Positions 1 through 8,880 of a DNA stretch of 26,683 nucleotides are shown here, in pieces. The DNA is taken from assembly GCA_052386995.1 (NCBI GenBank), contig JBQTJP010000043.1, positions 1 through 26,683 on the forward strand. Reading direction: 5' to 3'. Positions within the stretch are counted from its first letter, which is position 1. Each line of letters begins with the position of its first letter. Origin of the DNA: Armatimonadota bacterium. Lineage in GTDB: Bacteria > Sysuimicrobiota > Sysuimicrobiia > Sysuimicrobiales > Humicultoraceae. The position numbers were made by a program, and so were the translations under genes. The notes beneath the pieces are model-generated. The model did no database searches, had not been told where the DNA came from, and saw nothing but the letters and a program-made list of their open reading frames with translations.

Positions 1-2
1 AA

Positions 3-113
3 AGAATCGGTCGGTATCGACTTCTGCTGTCTCAGCTGAGCCCAGCTACTGCAAAGAAGATGGCTCACGAGAATGCGGAACGCGTCTTTGGACTTCCCCC
101 GAGCGGGAGATAA
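3..113 (+). CDS. 3' end of a probable amidohydrolase-family (TIM-barrel) protein, truncated by window start
   Basis: Frame 3 reads RIGRYRLLLSQLSPATAKKMAHENAERVFGLPPSGR* (TAA 111-113). The K.A..NA.RxF tail is typical of amidohydrolase C-termini. Not in the ORF track. Confidence 0.55.
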   Translation, partial: RIGRYRLLLSQLSPATAKKMAHENAERVFGLPPSGR

Positions 114-360
114 GGCGGCTTGCGGCCACGGGACTTTCCTAGTCTACGCCACCCTCGCCTGTGCCTTTCTCTCAAACAAAGCCGGGCTCCCGGCACCATT
201 TGAACCCCAATAAGCTTCGAGGTCCAACCGGCCGGGCAGGTTTTCCCCCGACCTCCACGATCAGACGGTCTCCGTGTCGGCGCACGACGACCTTCCCGAT
301 TAGCCGCTGCAGGAGCATCAGCGGCCACCGGCGCAGGCCGCATGCAGCTTCATCGGGCCC

Positions 361-703
361 TCATGCAGACCGCCTGACTGCGCGCCCCGCGCGCCAGTCG
401 ATGAAGGCCCCCAGGGCGAGTAGAACAGCTCCCGTGTACATCAACGGCTCATCGCCGTGGGTTCCGTCATATATGTGGCTCACGTAGTGAACGACCATGA
501 GCAGCACGCCGGTGCCCGCAATCCCAACGCCCAGCGGTCGTCGGTGTCGGGCGAAACTCCGGACCAGCATGACGAGGCTCGCTGGTGCCAGGAAAGAGAC
601 TGGCCGTCAGATGCAGCACCCACACCCACGCGGTGCACAGCCCAGCGGTCGATGCGGTCGACGCCAGGGAAGTCAGGCCCACCCCAGCCAGCAGCCGTCG
701 CAT
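361..703 (-). pseudogene. MerC-like small membrane protein, frameshifted near 604-612
   Basis: SD AAGGAGGGG precedes ATG at 703 (MRRLLAGVGLTSLASTASTAGLCTAWVWVLHL). Coding continues in another frame as PVSFLAPASLVMLVRSFARHRRPLGVGIAGTGVLL...LLALGAFIDWR, resembling MerC-family SFRRHR..PL and terminal (N/D)WR motifs. That frame has TGA at 607-609. Confidence 0.5.
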
Positions 704-1153
704 GGGTATCCCCTCCTTGTGATGGATCTTGTCGGTTGGGAGACTTTGCCAGAACTGGTTGAGAACCTCTGGCCGGGGACTCTCCCGGTAGAAGTATGTT
801 GGCGTGCAGCCTACACGGGTACCGCGTGCTCCACCCGGCTGACGGCGGGCCTCAGACGATTGCCGCGATCGAATCTTCATCCTCGATTTCTGGGTACTGG
901 TGTCGGCAATCCGTAGCCGCCCGCTGGCGGACCAGGCGCTGCAAGGCCGCGTTCGCCTGGCGTAGATATAGTCAGCAGGAACTTCAAATTGGGACCCGAA
1001 ATCGCTGAAACCATTCAGCAACTGACTGGCAAGTCGCCTGATCATTCGTCGTGCATGTCTCATGACTACGCTATTATCTCAGGCGTCGACGACCCGCAAA
1101 TGAAATACAGAAGCGTCTGGCTATGCTGAGCCAGTCGCGAAGGAGCGGGGAAA

Positions 1154-2350
1154 GTGAACGACTCGGGAAAGAGACTCCCGATGCAGATTGACGTCCACCG
1201 GGTCGGTGAGGCAGCCGGCGCCACCAGGTACACCAGGGAAGACATGCGCGGGGGTCTGGCGGCGATAACGCGCGACCCGAAACACGTCCGGATCAACAGC
1301 GAGCGGTTGGCGCAGGTCGCGGAGCGCCTTCCGATTTCGATGGCTTCGAACTGGATCGACGCCTACCGTCACGCCGACGAGCACTACCAGCACACCCTGC
1401 CGCCTCTGCCCGACATGCAGCTGAGCGACCTGGACGTGGTGCAGTGGAGCATCGTCAGTTCCTCACAGGGCTTCCTGATCTGGCAACGCGAGCCGGACGG
1501 ATCGGTCGTGCCGTTCACCGTGCACATCGAAGGGACGAAGTACGTCGGAGGATCAGGACTCGAGGCCTGCCACGCCCGAGCGATCCGCCGCGGGCGCAAC
1601 ATCCTGGACCCGAATGTGCTCGCGAACTTCACAATGGCTGACCTGGAGGACCACTACCGGGACGAGGTCACCGGACGGGTGACGCTCCAGTTGCTCGAGC
1701 AGCGGCTCAAGCATTTCCGGGCGGTCGGCCGCGTGCTCCTGGACGAGTTCGACGGGCACTTCATCAACGTGCTGAGACGGGCGGACGGCTATCTCTACCG
1801 AGACGACGTGCAGGGGTTCATTCAGCTCCTGATGACGAAGTTCCATGAGGTGTTCGACGATTGGCCGATCTGCAAGCGGCCCAACGTGGACGCCTTCGGC
1901 CTGTACACGAAACGAACCCGGCGCTCCTTCCCGCCGGAGATCGATCGGTTGCTGGACTTCAAGGATATCGAGAAGGTTGTGGTCGGCGCCGACTATTACC
2001 GGCCCCTCTGGTTCATCCGGACGGGGATCTTCGAGATCAGCGACGAGCTGAAGCAGAAGTTGCGACGGAACGAGCTGATTGAGCCCGGCAGCCAGATGGA
2101 GCAGGAGTACCGGGCGTTCACGGTCGAGGCGTGCTCGGAACTGGCCAACCGGCTCGGTGGCTGGCCGTCCGCGGCCGCCCAGATTGTGCTGGAGACGCAC
2201 GCGCAACCGTACCTGCGCTGCCGCCGTTGCCGAGTCGGGATCCCCGAGGAAGAGTTGCCCTGCCCCTACCGACCGGTCTGCAAGGCGAGCCACGAAGACC
2301 ACGAATTGATGGAGTGTGGTTGGCCGTTGGTCCTGACGACCGCCTATTGA
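1154..2350 (+). CDS. Divergent queuosine salvage family protein (QNG1/C9orf64/DUF2419-like nucleoside/nucleotide N-glycosylase)
   Basis: Ordered motifs match the Q_salvage family: HVRIN, GFLIW (NFxFW-like), LLEQRL...VGRVLLDEFDG, F.D...KR, FKDIEKVVVGADY..P, GSQMEQEYRA, C-terminal TTAY. GTG start after AGGAG (alternative ATG 1181). Confidence 0.75.
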   Translation: MNDSGKRLPMQIDVHRVGEAAGATRYTREDMRGGLAAITRDPKHVRINSERLAQVAERLPISMASNWIDAYRHADEHYQHTLPPLPDMQLSDLDVVQWSIVSSSQGFLIWQREPDGSVVPFTVHIEGTKYVGGSGLEACHARAIRRGRNILDPNVLANFTMADLEDHYRDEVTGRVTLQLLEQRLKHFRAVGRVLLDEFDGHFINVLRRADGYLYRDDVQGFIQLLMTKFHEVFDDWPICKRPNVDAFGLYTKRTRRSFPPEIDRLLDFKDIEKVVVGADYYRPLWFIRTGIFEISDELKQKLRRNELIEPGSQMEQEYRAFTVEACSELANRLGGWPSAAAQIVLETHAQPYLRCRRCRVGIPEEELPCPYRPVCKASHEDHELMECGWPLVLTTAY

Positions 2351-2392
2351 AGCCGGGCGATGTCTCGAGATGACGGTGCTGGAGGTGAGGCG

Positions 2393-3895
2393 ATGCATGC
2401 CACGCGGTTCTGGGTAGCGGCGCTCGCGAGCGTGGGGCTCATATTCGCGGGGTTCTCCCCCATCGGAGGGGCGGAGAGGACGAAGACGATCACGATCCTC
2501 CAATCTGCTGAGCCGAAGGCGTTTGACCCGAGCAGCACTTACCTGTCGCATGAGGAGAACGTCGGCACCCAGATTATCGAGCCGATCGTTGCGCTGGACA
2601 CTCAACTGAAGCCTGACCCCCGGCTCGCGCTGTCGTGGCGAAATGTCGAGCCATTGGCCTGGGAGCTGAAGTTGCGGACCGGCGTGAAGTTCACCAATGG
2701 CGAGCCCTTCAACGCCGACGCCGTCGTGGCCAGTTTCGTCTACATGACGCGGCCGGAATCAGCCCAGAGGGCACGTTTCACGAACTGGGAGGCGGTCGAG
2801 AAAGTCGACGACGCGACCGTGCGGGTCAGGACGAAGGCGCAGGATCCACGCTTCCTGACCACGTTGATTCAGCTCTACATCATGCCTCCCGGAGTACTGA
2901 AGGCGAAGCCGGAGAGCCTGGTCGAGACCCCGGTCGGTACCGGGCCATTCAAACTGGCCAGGTGGGTCAAGGGGCAGCAGATCGTGCTCGAGGCCAACCC
3001 CGACTACTGGCGCGGTCGGCCCAAAGTGGATCGGATCATCTTCAAGGCTGTCCCGGAGGCCTCGGCCCGTGTCGCCGCGCTGCAGGCGGGACAGGCCGAC
3101 CTCATCCTGAACGTGCCGCCGGAGTTAGTCGACCTGCTCGACAAGGGGACCAACACCAAGATCCTGTCGGCGGCGAGCAACCGCGGCGTGCCGATTATCT
3201 TCGATAGTCGGACCCCGCCGTTCAACGACGCGCGGGTGCGCCAGGCACTGAACTACGCCATCGACAAGGCAAGCATCAACCGCAACATCTTCGGGGGTCG
3301 GGCACAGATCGCTGCGGCGACCTCACACCCGACCACCTTCGGCCACAACGCCGAATTGAAGCCGTACCCGTACGACGCCCAGAAGGCGAAGCAGTTGCTG
3401 ATCGAGGCCGGCTATCAGAACGGCTTCGAGGTCGACTTCCACCACCCGACGGGACGGTGGCTGAAGGACACCGAGGTGGCGCAGGCGATTGCGGGGATGC
3501 TCCAGCAGGTCGGCGTCCGCACCAGGCTCCGGACCGGCGAGTACAATAGCTTCTTCTCGTCCTGGCAGAAGGGCGAGCTGAAGGGAATGACGATGATAGG
3601 CATCTTGAGCCAGGTCGACGCCGACCGGACCGTGCAGTTGTTCCTGTACTCGAAGGGTTCCCTCTCGCTTTACTCGAGGGACCCGATCCTCGACGCGCGG
3701 TTCGAAGCCGCCCAGACGCTGGACCTCCAGAAACGCGAGCGGCTGCTGAAGGCGATGGAGGTCAACATCTACCGGCAGGCGCCGTGGCTATTCATGTACT
3801 TCCAGCCGGACCTCTTCGGGGCGAACAAAAAGCTGAAGTGGACGCCGCCGAGGAACGAGCGGCTCGTCCTCTGGGACATCGACCTGGAGGGGTGA
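2393..3895 (+). CDS. ABC transporter substrate-binding protein, family 5 (Opp/Dpp/Nik)
   Basis: Signal peptide MHATRFWVAALASVGLIFAGFS; motifs LRTGVKFTNGEPFNADAV, PVGTGPFKL, RVRQALNYAIDK. SD GGAGGTGA favours ATG 2393 over 2360. Confidence 0.93.
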   Translation: MHATRFWVAALASVGLIFAGFSPIGGAERTKTITILQSAEPKAFDPSSTYLSHEENVGTQIIEPIVALDTQLKPDPRLALSWRNVEPLAWELKLRTGVKFTNGEPFNADAVVASFVYMTRPESAQRARFTNWEAVEKVDDATVRVRTKAQDPRFLTTLIQLYIMPPGVLKAKPESLVETPVGTGPFKLARWVKGQQIVLEANPDYWRGRPKVDRIIFKAVPEASARVAALQAGQADLILNVPPELVDLLDKGTNTKILSAASNRGVPIIFDSRTPPFNDARVRQALNYAIDKASINRNIFGGRAQIAAATSHPTTFGHNAELKPYPYDAQKAKQLLIEAGYQNGFEVDFHHPTGRWLKDTEVAQAIAGMLQQVGVRTRLRTGEYNSFFSSWQKGELKGMTMIGILSQVDADRTVQLFLYSKGSLSLYSRDPILDARFEAAQTLDLQKRERLLKAMEVNIYRQAPWLFMYFQPDLFGANKKLKWTPPRNERLVLWDIDLEG

Positions 3896-3957
3896 GAGCG
3901 GTCCGCTCCCGCGTTCTGTAAAGGTCGGCGGGCCAGTCTGGCCGAGAGGGTGGAGCG

Positions 3958-4875
3958 ATGAAGACGTTCATCCTGCGGCGGCTGGTCATGACGGTCGTGC
4001 TGCTGTTCATGGTGGCCCTCACGGTCTTCCTGCTCGGTCACCTCAGCGGTGATCCGGTGCGTCTCATGGTGCCTGAGGACGCGACCGAGCGTGACATCGT
4101 CAATTTGCGCCGTGAGCTCGGCTTCGACCGCCCGCTGGCCGTGCAGTTCGTTGACTTCATCGCCCGCGTCGCGCGAGGTGACCTGGGGACATCACTGCGA
4201 TACCGGAAGCCAGCCCTGGCGCTCGTGCTCGAGCGCATACCCGCGACCGTCGAGCTGAGTACCGCCGCAATGGTCATTGCGCTGCTGGTGGCGATTCCGT
4301 CGGGGATCATCTCGGCGCTCCGGCCCGGCTCGTTGGCCGACGCGATCACCTCGCACATCTCGATCATCGGCCAGGCGTTGCCGCCGTTCTGGATCGGCAT
4401 CATGTTGATCATCCTGTTCGCCGTCCAGCTCCACTGGCTCCCGGCCACCGGTCGCGGTGACCCGGGCAGCTTAGTCTTGCCCGCAGTCACTCTCGGGCTC
4501 TGGCCGATGGCTCGCCTCGCTCGCGTGCTCCGGTCGAGCCTGCTCGACGTGCTGCACGAGGACTACGTCCGCACCGCGAGGGCCAAGGGGTTGGCCGAGC
4601 GCGGCGTGCTGCTAGGCCACGTCTTGCGTAACTCGGCCATCCCGGTCGTGACAGTGGCCGGACTGACCTATGGGACGATTCTTGGCGGAACAGTGATCAC
4701 CGAGAGCGTGTTCGCGTGGCCGGGCGTTGGTCGCCTGGCGCTCGAGGCCGTCTACAACCGCGATTTCCCGCTGGTACAGGCAACGGTCTTCGTGGCGGCC
4801 TTCGTCTTTGTCGTCATCAACTTCGTGCTGGACTTGATGTACGGATGGCTCGACCCGCGCATCCGGCTGCGTTAG
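3958..4875 (+). CDS. Opp/Dpp-type ABC permease (DppB/OppB-like)
   Basis: LGFDRPL.VQF, GDLGTSL, EAA motif EDYVRTARAKGL, ESVFAWPGVGRL, LDPRIR end. Confidence 0.93.
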   Translation: MKTFILRRLVMTVVLLFMVALTVFLLGHLSGDPVRLMVPEDATERDIVNLRRELGFDRPLAVQFVDFIARVARGDLGTSLRYRKPALALVLERIPATVELSTAAMVIALLVAIPSGIISALRPGSLADAITSHISIIGQALPPFWIGIMLIILFAVQLHWLPATGRGDPGSLVLPAVTLGLWPMARLARVLRSSLLDVLHEDYVRTARAKGLAERGVLLGHVLRNSAIPVVTVAGLTYGTILGGTVITESVFAWPGVGRLALEAVYNRDFPLVQATVFVAAFVFVVINFVLDLMYGWLDPRIRLR

Positions 4876-4880
4876 GGGCC

Positions 4881-5792
4881 GTGCCAAGGACGCGGGAGCG
4901 GTTCACACCCGGCGCGGTGAAGGTGGACCGCCGCGCGAGTTCGCTGCGCCGGCGCCGGGCCTGGGGCCTCCTCCGGCGTCCGCAGGCGGTGTTCGGGCTC
5001 GCGGTGCTGGCGGTCCTCATCGTCATGGCGATCGGCGCGCCATACGTCGCGCCGCACGACCCCTATATCCAGAGTCTCGATGAGCGCCTGCGACCGCCGT
5101 TCTGGTCCGGCGGCAGCCTGACTCACCCGCTCGGCACGGATCAATTGGGACGCGACATCCTCAGCCGCCTCATCTACGGCGGGCGGATTTCCATGGCGGT
5201 TGGGCTCGCCGCCGTCCTGATCTCTGGCTCATTGGGTGTGGCGGCCGGTGTGATAGCAGGCTTCTACGGCGGCTTCGTCGACGAAGGGCTCATGCGGCTG
5301 GTCGACCTGCGGCTGGCGCTCCCGTTCATCCTGCTCGTCATCGCGGTGATCGTCGTGTTCGGCCCGAGCCTGTTCAACCTAGTCGCGATCCTCGGTTTGA
5401 CCGGGTGGGCGCCGTACGCACGCGTGGTGCGCGCCGAAATGCTCTCGATTCGCGAGCGCGAGTTCGTGACCGCCGCGCGGGCGTTGGGCGCCTCGGACCG
5501 GCGGCTGATGATCCGCCACATTCTGCCGAACACGTTGGCCACGGCCATTGTGATCGGCTCGCTTGAGCTGGCGCAGATGATCGTGACCGAGTCGGCGCTG
5601 AGCTTCCTGGGCCTCGGGGTGCAGCCGCCGACGCCGAGCTGGGGCAACATGCTCGGCGAGGGGCGCGATTACCTCTTGACAAGCTGGTGGCTGGCGACTT
5701 TCCCGGGCTTGGCGATCGCGCTGACCGCGGTCGCCATCAATCTGGTCGGAGACTGGCTGCGGGACCTGCTCGACCCACGACTGCAGCTCTAG
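4881..5792 (+). CDS. Opp/Dpp-type ABC permease (DppC/OppC-like)
   Basis: HPLGTDQLGRDILSRLIYG, REFVTAARALGA, LSFLGLGVQPPTPSWG, LRDLLDPR. Start taken as in-frame GTG 4881 after the upstream stop (uncertain). Confidence 0.92.
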   Translation: MPRTRERFTPGAVKVDRRASSLRRRRAWGLLRRPQAVFGLAVLAVLIVMAIGAPYVAPHDPYIQSLDERLRPPFWSGGSLTHPLGTDQLGRDILSRLIYGGRISMAVGLAAVLISGSLGVAAGVIAGFYGGFVDEGLMRLVDLRLALPFILLVIAVIVVFGPSLFNLVAILGLTGWAPYARVVRAEMLSIREREFVTAARALGASDRRLMIRHILPNTLATAIVIGSLELAQMIVTESALSFLGLGVQPPTPSWGNMLGEGRDYLLTSWWLATFPGLAIALTAVAINLVGDWLRDLLDPRLQL

Positions 5793-5846
5793 CCTCGTTA
5801 TGGACGGAGAGGGGTTGTGAACAGGCGACCACAGCCATTCGACTGC

Positions 5847-6569
5847 TTAGTGGCCGCTTTCCCCTTTAGGGAGCTTCGCCACACTACCTGGGCGTAGAGG
5901 AGTCTTGGGAGCGACGTGCGCAAACGGGCTCGCGCGTACCCAGGACGGGAACGCGCTTGCGAGTCGGGGTGGTCCATCGATGCAGATCAGTCCTTGCTGG
6001 ACCGCTTCGCCGTACGAAATGCGCCGATAATGCCAGTTGACCAGGGTCTCTGAATCCGCGGTCAAGATGAGATCCTCCGGCGTTCCCGGATAGCTCGCGC
6101 ACACTTCTGGCCGCGGACGCTGTAAGATCAACCAGAACTTTCGTCGGGGCTGGTCTCGGAGGTCAACGCGCACGATGACTTTCGCATGGGGAAGCTTCTG
6201 AACGTCCACGAGTTTGGACGTCGCCCAGAGCACATAGCCGGGTTCGATGTGCTGCGGCTTGATCTCCAGCCACCGGGCTCCCCAGGTGCCCAAGGTATCA
6301 CACACTGACCGCAGGTCCTCGCCCTTCGCCGTGAGACGATAGAGAAAGCCGCGCCCCCTCGGGCTCGGGCTGCGCTCGATGATACCGGACTGCTCCAGGA
6401 GTTCGAGCCGCTGTTTGAGCAGGGTCTTCGGAATCCCTGGTGCGCCGGCGAGGAGTTCGGAAAACGCCTGGCATCCAGCCAGGAGATTCCTGATGATGAT
6501 CGGCGTCCAGCGCTCTGCGAAGATCTCCGATGCCCTGGCAATCGGGCAATACTGCCCATACGTCTTCAT
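5847..6569 (-). CDS. HxlR-family winged-helix transcriptional regulator with C-terminal SCP2-like domain
   Basis: YGQYCPIARASEIFAERWTPIIIRNL, GIPKTLLKQRL, YRLTAKGEDL. Confidence 0.88.
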   Translation of the reverse strand: MKTYGQYCPIARASEIFAERWTPIIIRNLLAGCQAFSELLAGAPGIPKTLLKQRLELLEQSGIIERSPSPRGRGFLYRLTAKGEDLRSVCDTLGTWGARWLEIKPQHIEPGYVLWATSKLVDVQKLPHAKVIVRVDLRDQPRRKFWLILQRPRPEVCASYPGTPEDLILTADSETLVNWHYRRISYGEAVQQGLICIDGPPRLASAFPSWVRASPFAHVAPKTPLRPGSVAKLPKGESGH

Positions 6570-6575
6570 GCCTTC

Positions 6576-6604
6576 ATTGTGATTTCGCCCGCAGGCCTCT
6601 TCAA
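6576..6604 (-). promoter_or_regulatory. Sigma70-type promoter for leaderless hxlR transcript
   Basis: Minus strand TTGAAG (6604-6599) - 17 bp - CACAAT (6581-6576) - 6 nt - ATG (6569). Confidence 0.55.
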
Positions 6605-6680
6605 GTCCATTTTTTGGTATTTACGGCGTGCCCCATCAGGCGCAAGCTGAGGTCAAGATCAAGACCAGGAGGGACGTGCC

Positions 6681-7115
6681 ATGGCGGTGGCAGTGAAATG
6701 CCAGGTCATCCGAGCGGGGCAGGCGTCCGAGGGGGTGACGGGGGTGCAGTACGCCCCGGGTATCTCGGCCGCGACGGTCGGAGCTGCAGGACTCTGCATG
6801 GAGTTGGCGGTCATCCCACCCGGAGCCCGGGCGAAGGCCCACCTCCACAGGGACCATGAGTCAGCCGCCTATATCATCGAGGGTGAACTCATCCTCTGGT
6901 TCGGCGACGGCCTCAGGGAGAGTGTCACCGTGGGTCCGGGAGACTTCCTGTACATCCCTCCGGGGGTTCCGCATCTTCCTATGAACTGCAGCCAGAACCA
7001 TCGCGCTGTTGCGATCCTCGCGAGAAGCGATCCTCGCGAGCAAGAGAATGTCGTGCCTCTTCCCGAACTGGATGGCCTCAGCCACCTGATGCCGCCGGCA
7101 GCCCGAAATCACTAA
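6681..7115 (+). CDS. Cupin domain protein (RmlC-like)
   Basis: IPPGARAKAHLHRDHES and GPGDFLYIPPGVPH metal-binding motifs; SD GGAGG. Confidence 0.88.
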   Translation: MAVAVKCQVIRAGQASEGVTGVQYAPGISAATVGAAGLCMELAVIPPGARAKAHLHRDHESAAYIIEGELILWFGDGLRESVTVGPGDFLYIPPGVPHLPMNCSQNHRAVAILARSDPREQENVVPLPELDGLSHLMPPAARNH

Positions 7116-7140
7116 CGGCCTGGGGACGAGAAGAAGAGCG

Positions 7141-7623
7141 ATGCACATTGAAGCCAAGCTGGCCTCGCTCGGCCTCATTCTTCCGGAACCGTTCAAGGCG
7201 CCGCCAGGGGTACGTCTGCCGTTTGCCTGGGTTCGTGTCCGGGGGAATCGAGCGTACGTATCTGGGCACGTCCCATTGAATCCAGATGGCTCGCTTGCCC
7301 AGCCTCTGGGACGCGTCGGCGCAGAGGTCTCGGTAGACGAAGGCTATCAGGCGGCCCGTCTGGTGGCCGTGGCTCACCTCGCTAGCTTGCAGAGAGCGCT
7401 CGGGGATCTGGACCGGGTTACCGCCTGGCTGCGAGTGTTTGCCATGGTCAACGCCGCACCAGGTTTCACCCAGACGCCTGCCGTGACGAATGGCTATTCG
7501 GATCTCATTCTGGAACTCTACGGTTCGGACGTTGGCCTTCACGCGCGCTCTTCGATTGGCCTGGTGGTCCCGCTGAACGCCCCTGTGAACTGCGAAGCCG
7601 AGGTGGAAATCGACGGGCCCTAG
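7141..7623 (+). CDS. RidA/YjgF/YER057c/UK114 family protein (Rid1-like)
   Basis: IEAKLASLGLILP, YVSGHVP, NGYSDLILELYG, GLHARSSIG (catalytic-type Arg kept). Confidence 0.88.
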   Translation: MHIEAKLASLGLILPEPFKAPPGVRLPFAWVRVRGNRAYVSGHVPLNPDGSLAQPLGRVGAEVSVDEGYQAARLVAVAHLASLQRALGDLDRVTAWLRVFAMVNAAPGFTQTPAVTNGYSDLILELYGSDVGLHARSSIGLVVPLNAPVNCEAEVEIDGP

Positions 7624-7906
7624 ATGGGCCCTGAGAACCGAGTGCTTTTGAATCCTTGAGCCATCCTGCGTTTGAACTTGGCGGCCATAGCCTTGCGCAT
7701 ACGCAAAGGTAAGCCACCATGATGCCTACCTGGCGCATGCCTGTAGAAAGGTAGCGGCGTGTCACGGCTTTCAGGTCTCGGCTACGCGACCTTTGCCCGT
7801 CGTGGGGGTAACTCCAAAATCCCCCTCCCGGCACCAGCTCTACCGTCAGCCACAGGAAACAACTCGACCCAACCGAACTTCGCCCATGACTCCTGGGAGG
7901 TCAATC

Positions 7907-8093
7907 ATGCCTCACTCCCAATTGGTACAGTTACATTCCTCTTCACCGATATCGAGGGATCCACACGCCTTGTCCAGGAGCTCGGGGACCGGCATCCGGA
8001 CATCCTGGAGTCGCACCGCCGAATACTGCGGTCCGCCACAGCGGAACAAAAAGGGTATGAGTTCGAGACCCAGGGCGATGGCCTGTTTGTCGT
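7907..8093 (+). pseudogene. N-terminal fragment of class III adenylate/guanylate cyclase
   Basis: LPIGTVTFLFTDIEGSTRL...ETQGDGLFVV. ATG 7907 after SD GGGAGG is 1 nt out of frame with this domain, and the domain stops after the GD motif. Confidence 0.75.
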
Positions 8094-8772
8094 TCAGCAG
8101 ATGGGTCCGGGACCACTCTCGGTATTAGACTGTTCCTGCGGCATCGGAACTCAGGCAATCGGCCTGGCTAGGCTAGGCTAGGCTAGGGTACACGGTTCAC
8201 GCCACTGACTTGAGTCCTGCGGCGGTTGATCGCGCTGAAAGGGAAGCCGCGTCAGTTGGTGTGTCGATCACCTTTGGAGTCGCCGATTTTCGCGCGCTGG
8301 ACACACAAGTTGCCGGGGCTTTTGACATCGTGTTGTCCTGCGACAACTCTCTACCGCACCTGCTCACTGATGATGATCTTCGCCAGGCTGCGCGTGGCAT
8401 GGGCTCAAGACTGCGGACAGGCGGCTTGTTGCTCGTGAGCATTCGCGATTATGATCGGCTCGTTGTGGCAAGACCGCGCATCGAGGGGCCGAGGATATTC
8501 GACGCCCCTGAAGGCCAGCGCATCGTGTTCCAGGTGTGGGACTGGACGACCGATGGACGCGGCTATACTGTGCACCTGTTTATCATGCGTGAGAAGCATC
8601 GGAAGGACAGAGCGCCAAAGGGTGGCAGGTTGCACATTTTGCTACAAAGTATCGCGCATTGTTGCGTGGGGAACTCGATGCGATCTTGGAGGAGGCGGGT
8701 TTCGAAGGGATTGCGTGGCGCATGCCCGGGGAGACCGGATATTACCAGCCGATTGCGACGGCAAGGAAATCA
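8094..8772 (+). pseudogene. Class I SAM-dependent methyltransferase (glycine/sarcosine N-methyltransferase-like), split over three frames
   Basis: VLDCSCGIGTQAIGLARLG / YTVHATDLSP...FDIVLSCDNSLPHLL...VFQVWDW / WQVAHFATKYRALLRGEL..AGF...YQPIATARK. Frameshifts at ~8170-8185 and ~8592-8620; N-terminus missing. Confidence 0.78.
8166..8185 (+). repeat. (GGCTA)4 pentanucleotide tandem repeat
   Basis: GGCTA at 8166, 8171, 8176 and 8181, followed by degenerate GGGTA. Confidence 0.95.
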
Positions 8773-8880
8773 TGTCGGTCAAGGGTGCATTGCGCTAGGG
8801 AAGTCTTTGATCATGCCGCCGTCAGGCGGACCTACCGTCGCTTCGTAGACCCTCTTCATCGAGCACCGGCCTTGGCGGCG

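Noticed and set aside
181..198. GCCGGGCTCCCGGCACCA resembles a tRNA 3' end or att remnant
   Set aside because: No T-loop or other tRNA arms upstream and no integrase in the window; explainable as a short palindrome.
749..772. Minus-strand AGAGGTTC hairpin reminiscent of a preQ1-I riboswitch near the QNG1-like gene
   Set aside because: Wrong strand for that gene, poor P1 pairing and no A-rich tail.
467..1063. 198-aa minus ORF
   Set aside because: Only the part from ATG 703 looks coding (MerC-like N-terminus); the rest has no recognisable features.
3896..3943. Two 5-bp hairpins with GTC loops between SBP and permease
   Set aside because: Too short to distinguish from chance; no U-tract.
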